DNA from: an uncultured Planctomycetaceae bacterium
Lineage (GTDB): Bacteria; Planctomycetota; Planctomycetia; Planctomycetales; Planctomycetaceae
NCBI GenBank assembly: GCA_963813715.1
Contig: CAWFAK010000005.1
Coordinates: 320,001 to 384,000 of the forward strand
Length of the DNA stretch: 64,000 nt
Direction: 5' to 3'
Part shown: positions 21,101 through 31,371 of the stretch, piece after piece
How positions within the stretch are numbered: position 1 is the stretch's first letter
How the letters are laid out: each line of letters begins with the position of its first letter
The notes under the pieces: generated by a model
What the model saw: only the letters and a program-made list of their open reading frames with translations
Databases searched by the model: none
What the model was told of the DNA's origin: nothing
Position numbers and translations under genes: made by a program

Positions 21101-22508
21101 CCGGTCTCGCGTGCGATGCCTTCTGACAGATATTCGATCGTGCGATCAAAATCGTTGCGGGCCAGATTCCGATAAGGATCCGCTCGGCGTACGAGCGCAA
21201 ACAAATCGTCGACGTTCCAGTCCTGCGCGGCCGCCTCGGCAACGATCTGCTGGGCGAGCACGTCGAGCGGCGCCTGCGGAATGGCGATGCTGTCCAGCAT
21301 GCCGCTGCGGACCGCCCGCAGGAGTCCCAGCGATTCGCCCAACTCATCGCGAGTGAGCGCAAACAGACGGCCCTTGGGCGTGAGGCCGAGCGAGTGTCCG
21401 GACCGGCCAATTCGCTGCAGAAATGTGGCGATCGAACGCGGCGAGCCGATCTGCACAACGAGGTCGATGTAGCCGATGTCGATGCCCAGTTCGAGCGACG
21501 CGGTTGCCACCACGGCCTTGAGTTCGCCCGATTTCAGCTTGCGCTCGGTCTGCAATCGCTTGTCCGCGGCGACCGAGCCGTGATGCGTTTCGATCTGTCC
21601 CTCGCCGAGTTTTTCGGCCAACTGATGCGTGAGCCGTTCGGCCAGCCGCCGCGTGTTGACGAAGATCAGCGTCGTGCGGTGCTCGTGGATCAGCTCGACG
21701 AGTCGTTCGTGAATTTCGGCCCACTGCTCGTGCATGCAGACGGCGCTCAGCTCGGTTCGCGGCAACTCGATCGCCAGGTCGAGAGTGCGCGTGTGGCCGA
21801 CGTCGAGAATGCAGCACGGCGGAGTCGATTGAGCCATGGCCGAGTCCGCGTTTCCCGCTCCCACCAGGAAGCCGGCCGTACGCTCGATCGGCTTTTGCGT
21901 CGCCGAAAGGCCAATCCGTTGCAATGGCCGCCCGACGAGTGACTCAAGTCGTTCAATCGTGAGCGAAAGATGCGAGCCCCGTTTGTTGCCGACCATCGCG
22001 TGGATTTCGTCGACAATCACGGTGTCGACGTTTTTGAGCGTCTCGCGACTGCGGGCGGCCGTCAGCATTAAATAGAGCGATTCGGGAGTCGTCACCAGAA
22101 TCTGCGGCGGCCGGCGGACTAGCCTCGCCCGTTGAGACGCCGTGGTGTCGCCGGTGCGGAGCCCGGCCCGAATTCCCGCGCGGGGTAGCCCAAGACCATC
22201 GCCTGAGCTTCGATTTCCGCCAGGGGAACCTCGAGGTTGCGGTGCATGTCATTGGAGAGTGCCCGCAACGGCGAGACGTAAACGACGCGGACCCCCTCTT
22301 CCAGTTCGCCCGCCAAAGACCGTTTGAGCAAGCGATCGATACACGCTAAGAAGGCGGCCAGCGTTTTGCCGCTGCCGGTTGGGGCTGCGATCAGCGTGTG
22401 CTCGCCCGAAGCGATGGCCGGCCAGCCCGCAGTTTGGGCGTCCGTCGGCCCGGCGAATCGGGAATCAAACCAGGTCTCGATAATCGGATGAAAGCCGAAG
22501 GACTGCAT
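18102..22508 (-). CDS. lhr: Lhr-like SF2 DEAH helicase, long form with C-terminal domain; apparent frameshifts at ~22170 and ~19165
   Basis: APTGSGKT, SPLRALSND, TTPESL, DEIH, GLSATQ, ATASLELGIDIG, QRIGRSGH; C-terminal LLRRWGVVFR...EARGEIRGGRF. Confidence 0.9.
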
Positions 22509-22641
22509 GGATCCCCGTCGGTCTGGAGTCGTCAGCAAGTGGGGGGACGGATGTCTCGAATCACCAATTGTAGAGGCCGGGGCAGTCGAAATCCGCACCC
22601 GACGGGATTCCCGCCCGCCCCTCGACGATTTCCGACGTGTT

Positions 22642-22682
22642 TGACAGACTGAATGCTGGGTCTCTGACAGGCTGAATGCTGG
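22642..22682 (+). repeat. 18-bp direct repeat just upstream of the PLP enzyme gene
   Basis: TGACAGACTGAATGCTGG (22642-22659) and TGACAGGCTGAATGCTGG (22665-22682), one mismatch. Confidence 0.7.
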
Positions 22683-22707
22683 CCGACTGCTCCCCTCTTG
22701 GTTTTCT

Positions 22708-24192
22708 ATGACTTTGCCGGCTCACGAGGTTCGTTGCCGTCCCGAGGATTTGGGCAAACCGATTCCGGATAGCCGTCACGCGGCCTCGGTCTGCCTGCCG
22801 ACCTGGGCGGACAATCTGGGCTATGAGCGAGGCGAGGAGCGAGTCGTCGGCCGCATGCAAAGCGGTTATCCGCGGTTCTTTCTGCATCCCGCCGTGCGCG
22901 ACCTCCAGCGCGCGTGCGAGGAACGGTTCGCCGGGCCCGCCGAATGTTGTTTTGTCTTCCCGTCGCGCCGGGTGGCGGAGCGCTGCGCAATTTGTCCGTG
23001 CCCAAAAGGGAGTTGTCGCTCGCGTTCATCCGCTCGATGACGAGTCGGCGTTTTGCGTCTGCGCGAACGTCGCGGCTCGGGATGACTTGAAAGCCTATTG
23101 GCAGCACACGGGGCAAATTGTGTCGTCGCGGGTCGCGGAACGCATCCTGGCCGGGCGGCCCCCCACCAGCGACGGCGCTGAAGAAAAAGCCGCGATCCGC
23201 GAACGCATCGCCGGGCTGATGAACGTGACAGCCGGCCGACGTGTGGCTGTTTCCCTCCGGCATGGCCGCCATCGAGACAGCCTTTCGCGTCTTTCAGCGG
23301 CTGCGTCCGGACGCCAAGAGCGTGCAGTTCGGCTTCCCGTACGTCGACTCGCTAAAGGTCCAGCAACGCTGCGGCGTCGGCGTTCACTTCTTGCCTCGCG
23401 GTGATCAGGCCCAGTTGGCCGAGCTGGCAGCAATCGCCACGAAAGAGCCGCTGCTGGGACTCTTCTGCGAGTTTCCGGGGAACCCGCTCCTCGCCAGCCC
23501 CGACCTCAGAGCGGATCAACGCGCTCGCCGACAAACACGACTTTCCCGTGCTCATCGACGACACGCTCGGCGCGTTGGTGAACGTCGACGTTTTGCCGGC
23601 CGCCGCCGTCGTCACCTGCAGCCTGACGAAGTTCTTTTCTGGCGCCGGCGACGTGATCGCGGGCTCGCTGGTGCTCAATTCCCGTCGTCCCGGGGCCGAC
23701 CGATTGCGGGCCGCGATTGCCGCAGAGTACGAAGACTTGCTCGACGCGGAGGACGCGGCCGTGCTCGAGCGAAATTCGCGCGATTGCGTCGAGCGGGTCC
23801 GCTGGATCAATCAGACGGCCGAACAACTGTGCGACTGCCTGCGCAGCCACCCGCTGGTCGAACGGATCGACTATCCCAAGTATCGCGACCAGGAGAGCTA
23901 CAGCGCCTTCCTCCGTCCTGGGGGCGGCTTTGGCGGCTTGTTTTCCCTCCTGCTGAAAGATGCCGAGCGGACGGCCCCCCGCTTCTTCGACGCCCTCGCC
24001 ATCAACAAGGGCCCCAACTTGGGGACCAATTTTTCGCTCTGCTGCCCCTATACGATCCTGGCCCACTTCAACGAGCTCGATTTCGTGGAGCGGTGTGGGA
24101 TCTCACGATACCTCGTCCGCGTGTCGGTCGGGCTGGAAGACCCCGCGTGGCTGATTGGCTGCTTTCGTGATGCCTTGGAACAGGCTGGCTAA
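22708..24192 (+). CDS. Cys/Met-metabolism PLP enzyme, cystathionine gamma-synthase-like; about three apparent frameshifts
   Basis: LFPSGMAAI, GFPYVDSLK, EFPGNPLL, IDDTLG, SLTKFFSG (PLP lysine), KGPNLGTNFSLCCPY, LVRVSVGLE. Confidence 0.85.
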
Positions 24193-24325
24193 GGCCGGTC
24201 GACGTGCTCCGGCTGCTCGCCTTTCCCCGTCGCTCGTCGGCACCTAAAATGTGCGGCACACACGCGGTTCGCCGGCTGGCCGACCGACGCACAGACCCTT
24301 TTTTCGTTCCCGGAGTCGATGCCCC

Positions 24326-26003
24326 TTGTCGCAGCAGTACATTTTCACAATCGAGGCCCTCACAAGGATTTACGAGCAGAAGGAGGTCCTCTCCAACATC
24401 TGGCTGTCGTTCTATCCCGGCGCGAAGATCGGCGTCATCGGGGACAACGGAGCGGGCAAGAGCACCTTGCTGCGGATCATGGCCGGTGAAGACAAAGATT
24501 TCATGGGGACGGCCCGACCCGCCAAAAACTTGCGCATCGGCTATTTCCCACAGGAGCCGCGGCTGGAGAAATGGACTACGGTCGACGAGTGCATTCAGGA
24601 TGCCGTCAGCGAGTCGCGGGCGATCCTCGACCGCTACAACGAAATCAACATGAAGCTGGCCGAGGACCTATCGCCGGAGCAGATGGAAAAGCTCCTCGAC
24701 GAGCAATCTCGCGTGCAGGACAAGATCGACGCTGCCAATTTGTGGGAGCTTGACCGCACGCTCGAGGTCGCCGCCGACGCCATGCGACTCCCGCCGGCCG
24801 AGGCGAAAATTGCCCATCTCTCGGGCGGCGAAAAACGCCGCGTCGGTCTGTGCCGAATCCTGCTGCAGAGCCCCGATCTACTGCTGTTGGACGAGCCGAC
24901 GAACCACCTCGACGCCGAATCGGTGTCGTGGCTCGAACGCTTCCTGCACGATTTCACCGGCACGGTCGTCGCCATCACGCACGATCGGTACTTCCTCGAT
25001 AACGTCGCCGGTTGGATCCTCGAAATGGACCGGGGCCGCGGCTATCCGTATGAAGGCAACTACTCCGGCTGGCTGGAGCAGAAGCAGGCGCGCTTGGCCA
25101 TCGATGAGAAGCGAGAGTCGAAGCGGCAAAAAGAACTCAAGCGCGAGCTGGAGTGGGTGCGGACGAGCCCGAAGGCCCGTTCGACGAAGAACAAGGCCCG
25201 CCTCGAACGCTACAACGAGCTGGCTTCCCAACAATACGATGCCCGCGACGACGCGGCCGACATTCAGATCGCCCCGGGCCCTCCGCTGGGCGAACTGGTT
25301 GTGCGGGCGGAAAACGTCTCGAAGGCCTTCGGAGAAACGCTGCTCTTTGAAGGTCTCAACTTCGACCTGCCGCGGGGCGGCATCGTCGGCGTGATCGGAC
25401 CCAACGGGGCCGGCAAGACGACGCTGTTCAAGATGATCATGGGGCTGGAAAAGGCCGACAGCCGGCACACTTCGGATCGGCGACGGGGTCTTTTTGTCCT
25501 ACGTCGATCAGTCGCGCGATGCGCTCGATCCCAACAAGACAGTATATGAAGAGGTCTCCGGCGGCCGCGATTTCATCGAGATCGGCAAGTCGCGGATCCA
25601 TTCGCGGGCGTACGTCGGCCGGTTCAACTTCAAAGGGCAGGACCAGCAAAAGTTCGTCCGTGAGCTGTCGGGCGGAGAACGCAACCGCATCCACCTGGCG
25701 AAGCTGTTGCGGACGGGCGGCAACGTGCTGCTGCTGGACGAGCCGACTAACGACCTCGACGTCGATACGCTGCGGGCGCTCGAAGAGGCGATTCAGAACT
25801 TCGGGGGCTGCGTGATGGTCTCCAGCCACGACCGCTGGTTCCTCGACCGCACGGCCACGCACATCCTGGCCTTCGAGGGGGACAGCCGCGTGGTCTGGTT
25901 CGAGGGCAATTACCAGATGTACGAGATCCAGCGGCACGAACGGCTGGGCGACGAAGCCGATCAACCGCATCGCATCAAATACCGGCCGCTGGCGCGCACC
26001 TGA
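24326..26003 (+). CDS. ettA: Energy-dependent translational throttle protein EttA (ABC-F); apparent frameshift at ~25463
   Basis: [83 protein letters not shown] start with GGAG RBS. Confidence 0.93.
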
Positions 26004-26026
26004 GCAAAACGCACGGCGAAATCCGT

Positions 26027-26899
26027 ATGACCATTGCATCTCCCGGCGAGCGGTTCCGCGACGCGCTCAAGCAGCCGCCGCTGATGATTCCGGGAGTCTT
26101 CAACGCGCTCACGGCACGCCTGGCCGAACGCGCCGGCTTTCGGGCCGCCTACCAGTCGGGGGCGGCCTTGTCGGCGAGCCTGGCCGCGCTGCCCGACGTC
26201 GGTCTCATCAACCAGACCGAGTTTGCCCAGCAGGGGCATTACCTCGTCTCCGCCGTTTCCATTCCCGTGATTTCGGACGCGGACACTGGTTTCGGCGAGG
26301 CGCTCGCCGTCGAACGCACCGTCACGCTTTTCGAGTCGGCGGGCCTGGCGGGTCTGCATCTGGAAGATCAGCACCTGCCCAAGCGCTGCGGACACCTGAG
26401 CGGCAAGTCGCTCGTGTCGTGCGCGGAGATGGTGAGCAAGCTCAAGGCGGCCGTCGCCGCCCGTCGCGATCCGAGTTTTGTGATTATCGCCCGCACCGAC
26501 GGCCGGGCCTCGGAAGGGCTCGAGGCCGCGATCGACCGGGCTCAAGCCTATGTCGAAGCCGGCGCGGACATGATCTTTCCCGAGGCGCTCGAGTCGCCGG
26601 ACGAATTCGGCCGTTTCGCCGGCGCGATCAAAGTTCCGCTGCTGGCCAACATGACCGAGTTCGGCAAGAGTCCCCTCCTGACGGCGACCGAGCTCGGCAA
26701 GCTCGGCTATGCAGCCGTGCTCTTTCCCGTGACGATGCTGCGAGTGGCTGCCAAGGCAGTCGAAGACGCGCTCGCCCAGTTGGCCCGCGAAGGTTCGCAA
26801 AAGGGCTTTGTTGATCGCATGCAGACCCGAGCCGACCTGTACAAGCTGCTCGACTACACGGGCTTCGAATCGCGAGACCAAACCTACTTCGGTCGCTGA
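26027..26899 (+). CDS. prpB: 2-methylisocitrate lyase (ICL/PEP mutase family)
   Basis: DADTGFG, LEDQxxPKRCGH, ARTD, GADMIFPEA, LANMTEFGKSP, MQTRADLY. Confidence 0.88.
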   Translation: MTIASPGERFRDALKQPPLMIPGVFNALTARLAERAGFRAAYQSGAALSASLAALPDVGLINQTEFAQQGHYLVSAVSIPVISDADTGFGEALAVERTVTLFESAGLAGLHLEDQHLPKRCGHLSGKSLVSCAEMVSKLKAAVAARRDPSFVIIARTDGRASEGLEAAIDRAQAYVEAGADMIFPEALESPDEFGRFAGAIKVPLLANMTEFGKSPLLTATELGKLGYAAVLFPVTMLRVAAKAVEDALAQLAREGSQKGFVDRMQTRADLYKLLDYTGFESRDQTYFGR

Positions 26900-26961
26900 T
26901 TCTGGTCGCACCGTGACGACGTCTTGACCACCTGGGCGTCTCACTTATACTTCGCGTCGCG

Positions 26962-27762
26962 ATGGAGCGACTTCTTCCCAGCTTTGCCCAGCTTGCAACC
27001 GAACGGCCGCGGCGGATGCGCATTCCCCGCAGCCGGCGGCTGGTGATCGATGTCTTGCACTATCGCGCGAAGGTGCCAACCTGCGCGCACGACCGGCTCT
27101 GCGACTTTCGGCCCGTGGCCGAGGCCCGCGACCGCTGCCCGGTGCGGATCTCCTGGTCGATGATTTTCATCAAGGCGTTCGGCCTGGTGGCGGCCCGCGT
27201 GCCGGTGCTTCGGCAGACCTATCAGCGCTGGCCCTGGCCGCACATCTATCAGCACCCCACGAGCGTGGCGATGGTGGCCACGCACCGCGATTTTCAGGGA
27301 GAGCCATGGCTCTTCTGGAGCCGCTTCAGCTCACCCGAGGCCAAGCCGCTCGACGGCATGCAGGCCTCTCTCGACCGTTATCTGACCGGTCCCGTCGAAA
27401 CGACCTTCCCCTGGCAATATCAGCTCAGCGGTTTCCCCACGCCGGTGCGGCGCGTGTTGTGGGCGTGGACGCTCACGATGGGCGGACCGAACCGCGTGCG
27501 CCGTAGCGGCACGTTCTTCCTGACAACGATTGCCGGTCACGGGGCCGAGATCCAACATCCGCCGGCCTTCCTGACGGCCAACGCCACCTACGGTCCGATC
27601 GACGAGAACGGCAAGAGCCGCGTGACGATCGCTTATGACCATCGGCTGATGGACGGACGCTTGGTGGCTCACGCCTTGGCCGGAATCGAAGAGACGATGA
27701 ACGGCCCGATCGTCGCGGAGCTCGATTCGATGAACGCCGATCAATTGGCGCGGGCCGCCTGA
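26962..27762 (+). CDS. Stand-alone 2-oxoacid-dehydrogenase E2/CAT-like acyltransferase catalytic domain
   Basis: ISWSMIFIKAFG, GTFFLT, IAYDHRLMDG (DHRxxDG catalytic motif); no lipoyl domain. Confidence 0.65.
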   Translation: MERLLPSFAQLATERPRRMRIPRSRRLVIDVLHYRAKVPTCAHDRLCDFRPVAEARDRCPVRISWSMIFIKAFGLVAARVPVLRQTYQRWPWPHIYQHPTSVAMVATHRDFQGEPWLFWSRFSSPEAKPLDGMQASLDRYLTGPVETTFPWQYQLSGFPTPVRRVLWAWTLTMGGPNRVRRSGTFFLTTIAGHGAEIQHPPAFLTANATYGPIDENGKSRVTIAYDHRLMDGRLVAHALAGIEETMNGPIVAELDSMNADQLARAA

Positions 27763-27807
27763 CCCCTCGGCCGGTTTCGTCGCCGGCAGAAAGCGGAAGG
27801 TCCACGG

Positions 27808-29216
27808 ATGGACATGTTCGTGATCGAGGGGGGCGTGCCGCTCAACGGCACCGTCGCCGTCAGCGGGGCCAAGAATTCGGCGCTGCCGCTGATGGCGACC
27901 GCGCTCGCCGCCGAAGGCAAAACGGTGCTCCGCGGTGTGCCGCACCTGGTCGACGTTGAAACCCTGTCGCTCTTGCTGCAGACCCTGGGCGTCGACGTCC
28001 GCCGCATCACCCCAGACGCCTTGACGCTCGAAGTTATCGACGAGCGGCCGCACGTCGCCGATTACGAGCTTGTGCGGCGGATGCGGGCCGGCTTCTGCGT
28101 GCTGGGGCCGCTGCTTGCGCGGCGGGGACGAGCCTGCGTTTCGCTCCCGGGGGGCTGCAACATCGGCGATCGCCCCATCGAACTGCACCTCAAGGGGCTG
28201 CGGGCCTTGGGGGCCGAGATCACGATTGAGCGTGGGTACGTCGTCGCGCGGGCCGAGCGTCTGCGCGGCGCACGTCGACCTGCGCGGGTCCGTTCGGCAG
28301 CACGGTGACGGGAACCTGTAACATGATGGCCGCCGCCGCCCTCGCCGAAGGGGTGACGACGATCGAGTCGGCGGCCTGCGAGCCCGAGGTCGTCGATCTC
28401 GGCAATCTGCTGAATGCGATGGGGGCGCGAATCGGCGGATTGGGCACACCTGTGTTGACCATCGAAGGCGTGCGCCGGCTGGCCGCAACCGAGCATACGG
28501 TCATTCCCGATCGCATCGAAGCCGCGACTCTGATGATTGCCGCCGCGATTACCCGCGGACGCGTGCGGCTGACCGGCGTGCGACCCGAGCAGATGACCAA
28601 CGTGCTCGATAAGCTGCGGCAAATCGGCGTCTCGATCGAGGTCGGGGCGGACAGCCTCGACATCCGTGGTGACGGCCCGCTCCATCCGGTCGATTGCGTG
28701 GCCCTGCCTTATCCCGGGCTGCCGACGGATCTGCAGGCCCAATTGACGGCCCTCTTGGCCACTGTGCCGGGCGTGAGCGTCGTCACGGACAAGATTTTTC
28801 CCGATCGCTTCATGCACGCACCCGAACTGGCTCGCATGGGAGCCCGCATTCGGCGTGAGGCGAATCGCGCGGTGATCGACGGTGTCGCGCGGTTGAGCGG
28901 CGCCTGCGTGATGGCTTGCGACCTGAGAGCCAGCGCGGCGCTGGTGCTGGCCGGCCTGGCCGCCACGGAAACGACAGTCATTCGCCGCATCTATCATCTC
29001 GATCGCGGTTACGAGCGGCTCGAAGCGAAGCTCGCGCGGGTCGGTGCTCGAATCACTCGCACCACCGACGAGCCGGCTCACTTTCCTGCAAGCTTGCGTC
29101 TTGCCGAGGAATGCTCCCAGCCGGCTGCCTTCGTTGATTCGCCCGCCCCGCTGAGCGGACCCAAGTGGTTCCAGCAGCTGCGCTCCGATAGGCTTAAGAG
29201 TCGGCACGATTCTTAA
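27808..29216 (+). CDS. murA: UDP-N-acetylglucosamine 1-carboxyvinyltransferase; apparent frameshift at ~28272
   Basis: [63 protein letters not shown]. Confidence 0.93.
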
Positions 29217-29238
29217 GGCCAACGGCGTCTCTGGCACC

Positions 29239-30274
29239 ATGCCTCTCGAGCGTTACAGCAAACAACTTCTTTTCAGCGGAATAGGGGAAGCCGGCCAACG
29301 CCAGTTAATGGCGAGCCGCGCGGTCTTGTTCGGCTGCGGGGCGCTGGGGAGCGTACTGGCGGACACGTTGGTCCGGGCCGGCGTCGGCCGACTGCGGATC
29401 GTCGACCGTGATTTCGTCGAGTTGAGCAATCTGCAGCGGCAAGTGCTCTTCGACGAGTCCGACGTCGAGACGCGTCTGCCCAAGGCCATCGCCGCTGCCG
29501 AAAAGCTCCGACGCATCAACAGCACGGTCATCGTCGAACCGGTCGTGGCGGACGTCGATCACACGAACATCTTGGCACTGATCGAGGGAGCGGACCTGAT
29601 TCTCGACGGCTCGGACAACTTCGAGCTGCGGTTTCTAATCAACGACGCGTCCCTGGAATCGGGTATTCCCTGGATCTATGCCGGCGTCATCGGCAGTCAC
29701 GGGCAGGTGATGCCGATCTTTCCCGGCAGCTCGGCCTGTCTGCGTTGCCTGATTCGAGCGCCTCCCGGACGCAGGCAGCACCGAGACCTGCGACACGGCC
29801 GGTATTCTGGGCCCGGCTGTCCAGGTGGTGGCGGCGCTGGAAGCCGTGGTGGCGATGAAAATCCTCTCCGGCCAGCCCGGGAAAGTCTCGCGCACGCTCG
29901 CTTATATCGATGTCTGGGAAGGCACGCTCCGGCAGTTGAATGTCGCCGATCTCCGCGAGCGGGCCGACTGCCCGGCCTGCAAGCAGGACGAGCGCGCGTG
30001 GCTCTCGGGAAAGCTGGGCTCGCGAACCAGCGTGTTGTGCGGCCGCAACGCCGTCCAAGTCTCCCCGACCGAATACGGGCAGATGGCGCTCGACGAACTG
30101 GCCGCGCGCCTGCGAGGCTCGGGCGAGGTCCAAGCGAATGACTATCTGCTTCGCTTCAGCCCGCGCGACAGCCCGTTCGAGGTCACCGTCTTTCGTGACG
30201 GGCGGGCGATCATCAAGGGGACCGAAGACCTGGCCCTCGCGCGGAGCGTGTATTCGCGCTTTATTGGCAGCTAA
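29239..30274 (+). CDS. ThiF/MoeB-family adenylyltransferase; apparent frameshift at ~29755
   Basis: GCGALGS, DRDFVELSNLQRQ, DGSDNF, CLRC, TCDTAGILGP, CPAC, LCGRNAVQV...FRDGRAIIKGT. Confidence 0.9.
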
Positions 30275-30346
30275 TCCACTGTGTTCGCTGACTCGAGTAT
30301 TTGACCAATCCGGCGGGATTCGGCTCCGTTGGGTCTCCTCCCCATT

Positions 30347-30631
30347 GTCCCGTTCAATCCCGTCCCGATATTCGAGTCCCGTCCTGCCGGTGGTCTACCG
30401 ACCCCAGCGAGAGATTTCTTGGAGTGCCCGCGTTCCTCCGGGTTGAACCCCCGGTGCGGTTGTCGGACGCCTTCTCGCGAGGTTGCGGAGGCAAGAGCCC
30501 GCGCGGTGGGACAACTTTTCCGCCCCCCCTTATATCAATGCACGGAGTCCCGTCACGCCGGGACCGCTTTTCACTGTCCCGTCCCGCCGGGACCACTTTT
30601 CACTGTCCCGCCGGGACAACTTGTCCCACCG
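30347..30631. repeat. Cluster of GGGAC/GTCCC motifs in both orientations with an 11-bp inverted repeat
   Basis: Twelve GGGAC/GTCCC copies counted by eye; CGGTGGGACAA (30504-30514) / TTGTCCCACCG (30621-30631); GCCGGGACC(G/A)CTTTTCACTGTCCCG occurs twice. Confidence 0.7.
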
Positions 30632-31137
30632 TTCCCTGCAGTGGCACCAACGCGTTGTCGTCGTCTGCTGGGGATCTTTGCTCTCCCTTAGTGAAAAAGG
30701 ATCCCCACCACCAGCGACCCTTTTTTCGTTCCCAGCGGAGATCTCTTCCCCGCGCGCGGCCTGTGGTCAACTTTCTGTGGGTCAACTACCTTGTGAAAGT
30801 AGTTGACCAGACCACAGGGGGTTGGGATGACATTTCGCTCATGTCGCTCGGCACCCGGAACGACAATGGCCGCTCCTGCGCAACGCCGGCGCATGGAATT
30901 CGCGCGGGCCATGCGAAACCGCCGCGCAGATCGTCCACCTGCGGATCTTCCCCACGGCGCAAGAAAACCTGCTCTCTCCATTCAGCCACAGGATGGCGAT
31001 CCAAACAAGATCAGTTTTCTACGCCGGCGCGGTCGAGCCCCGTTGCAACAGTCGCGGCAACCGGCTCTTGGTCGTACGGAGGAGAGCCGCAGGTAAAGCC
31101 TGCCTTTCTGGTCCGTCGATCGCGATCTGACAGAGAT

Positions 31138-31345
31138 GGGTGCCATGCTCACGGCTCGGCGTGAGACCGTCCGGAAAGTCGGGTGCCACGGCTGAGACGC
31201 TTCGGCTCAGCCGTGCTCTTTCCGGTTGCTGACGACGGTTTGTGAACCGTGAAGAGCACGGTTGAGCAAGCTCAACCGTGGCACCAAGGCAATCTTCGCT
31301 CTGAATTACCGGACAGCCTCACCGAAACCGGTGGGCATGGCACCC
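31138..31345. repeat. Nested REP/REPIN-like palindromic element
   Basis: Outer arms GGGTGCCATGCTCAC / GTGGGCATGGCACCC (14/15); inner arms GGTGCCACGGCTGAG / CTCAACCGTGGCACC (14/15) and CTCAGCCGTGCTCTT / AAGAGCACGGTTGAG (14/15). Confidence 0.8.
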
Positions 31346-31371
31346 GGCGCGCTACATCGGCAGCTAGCCGG

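Noticed and set aside
27808..29216. murA in a planctomycete as a novelty
   Set aside because: Peptidoglycan synthesis in planctomycetes is established; the catalytic Cys motif is ordinary
30301..31164. 287-aa ORF spanning the non-coding island
   Set aside because: Pro/Ser/Arg-rich, TTG start without RBS, no motif, runs through palindromes; likely spurious in GC-rich DNA
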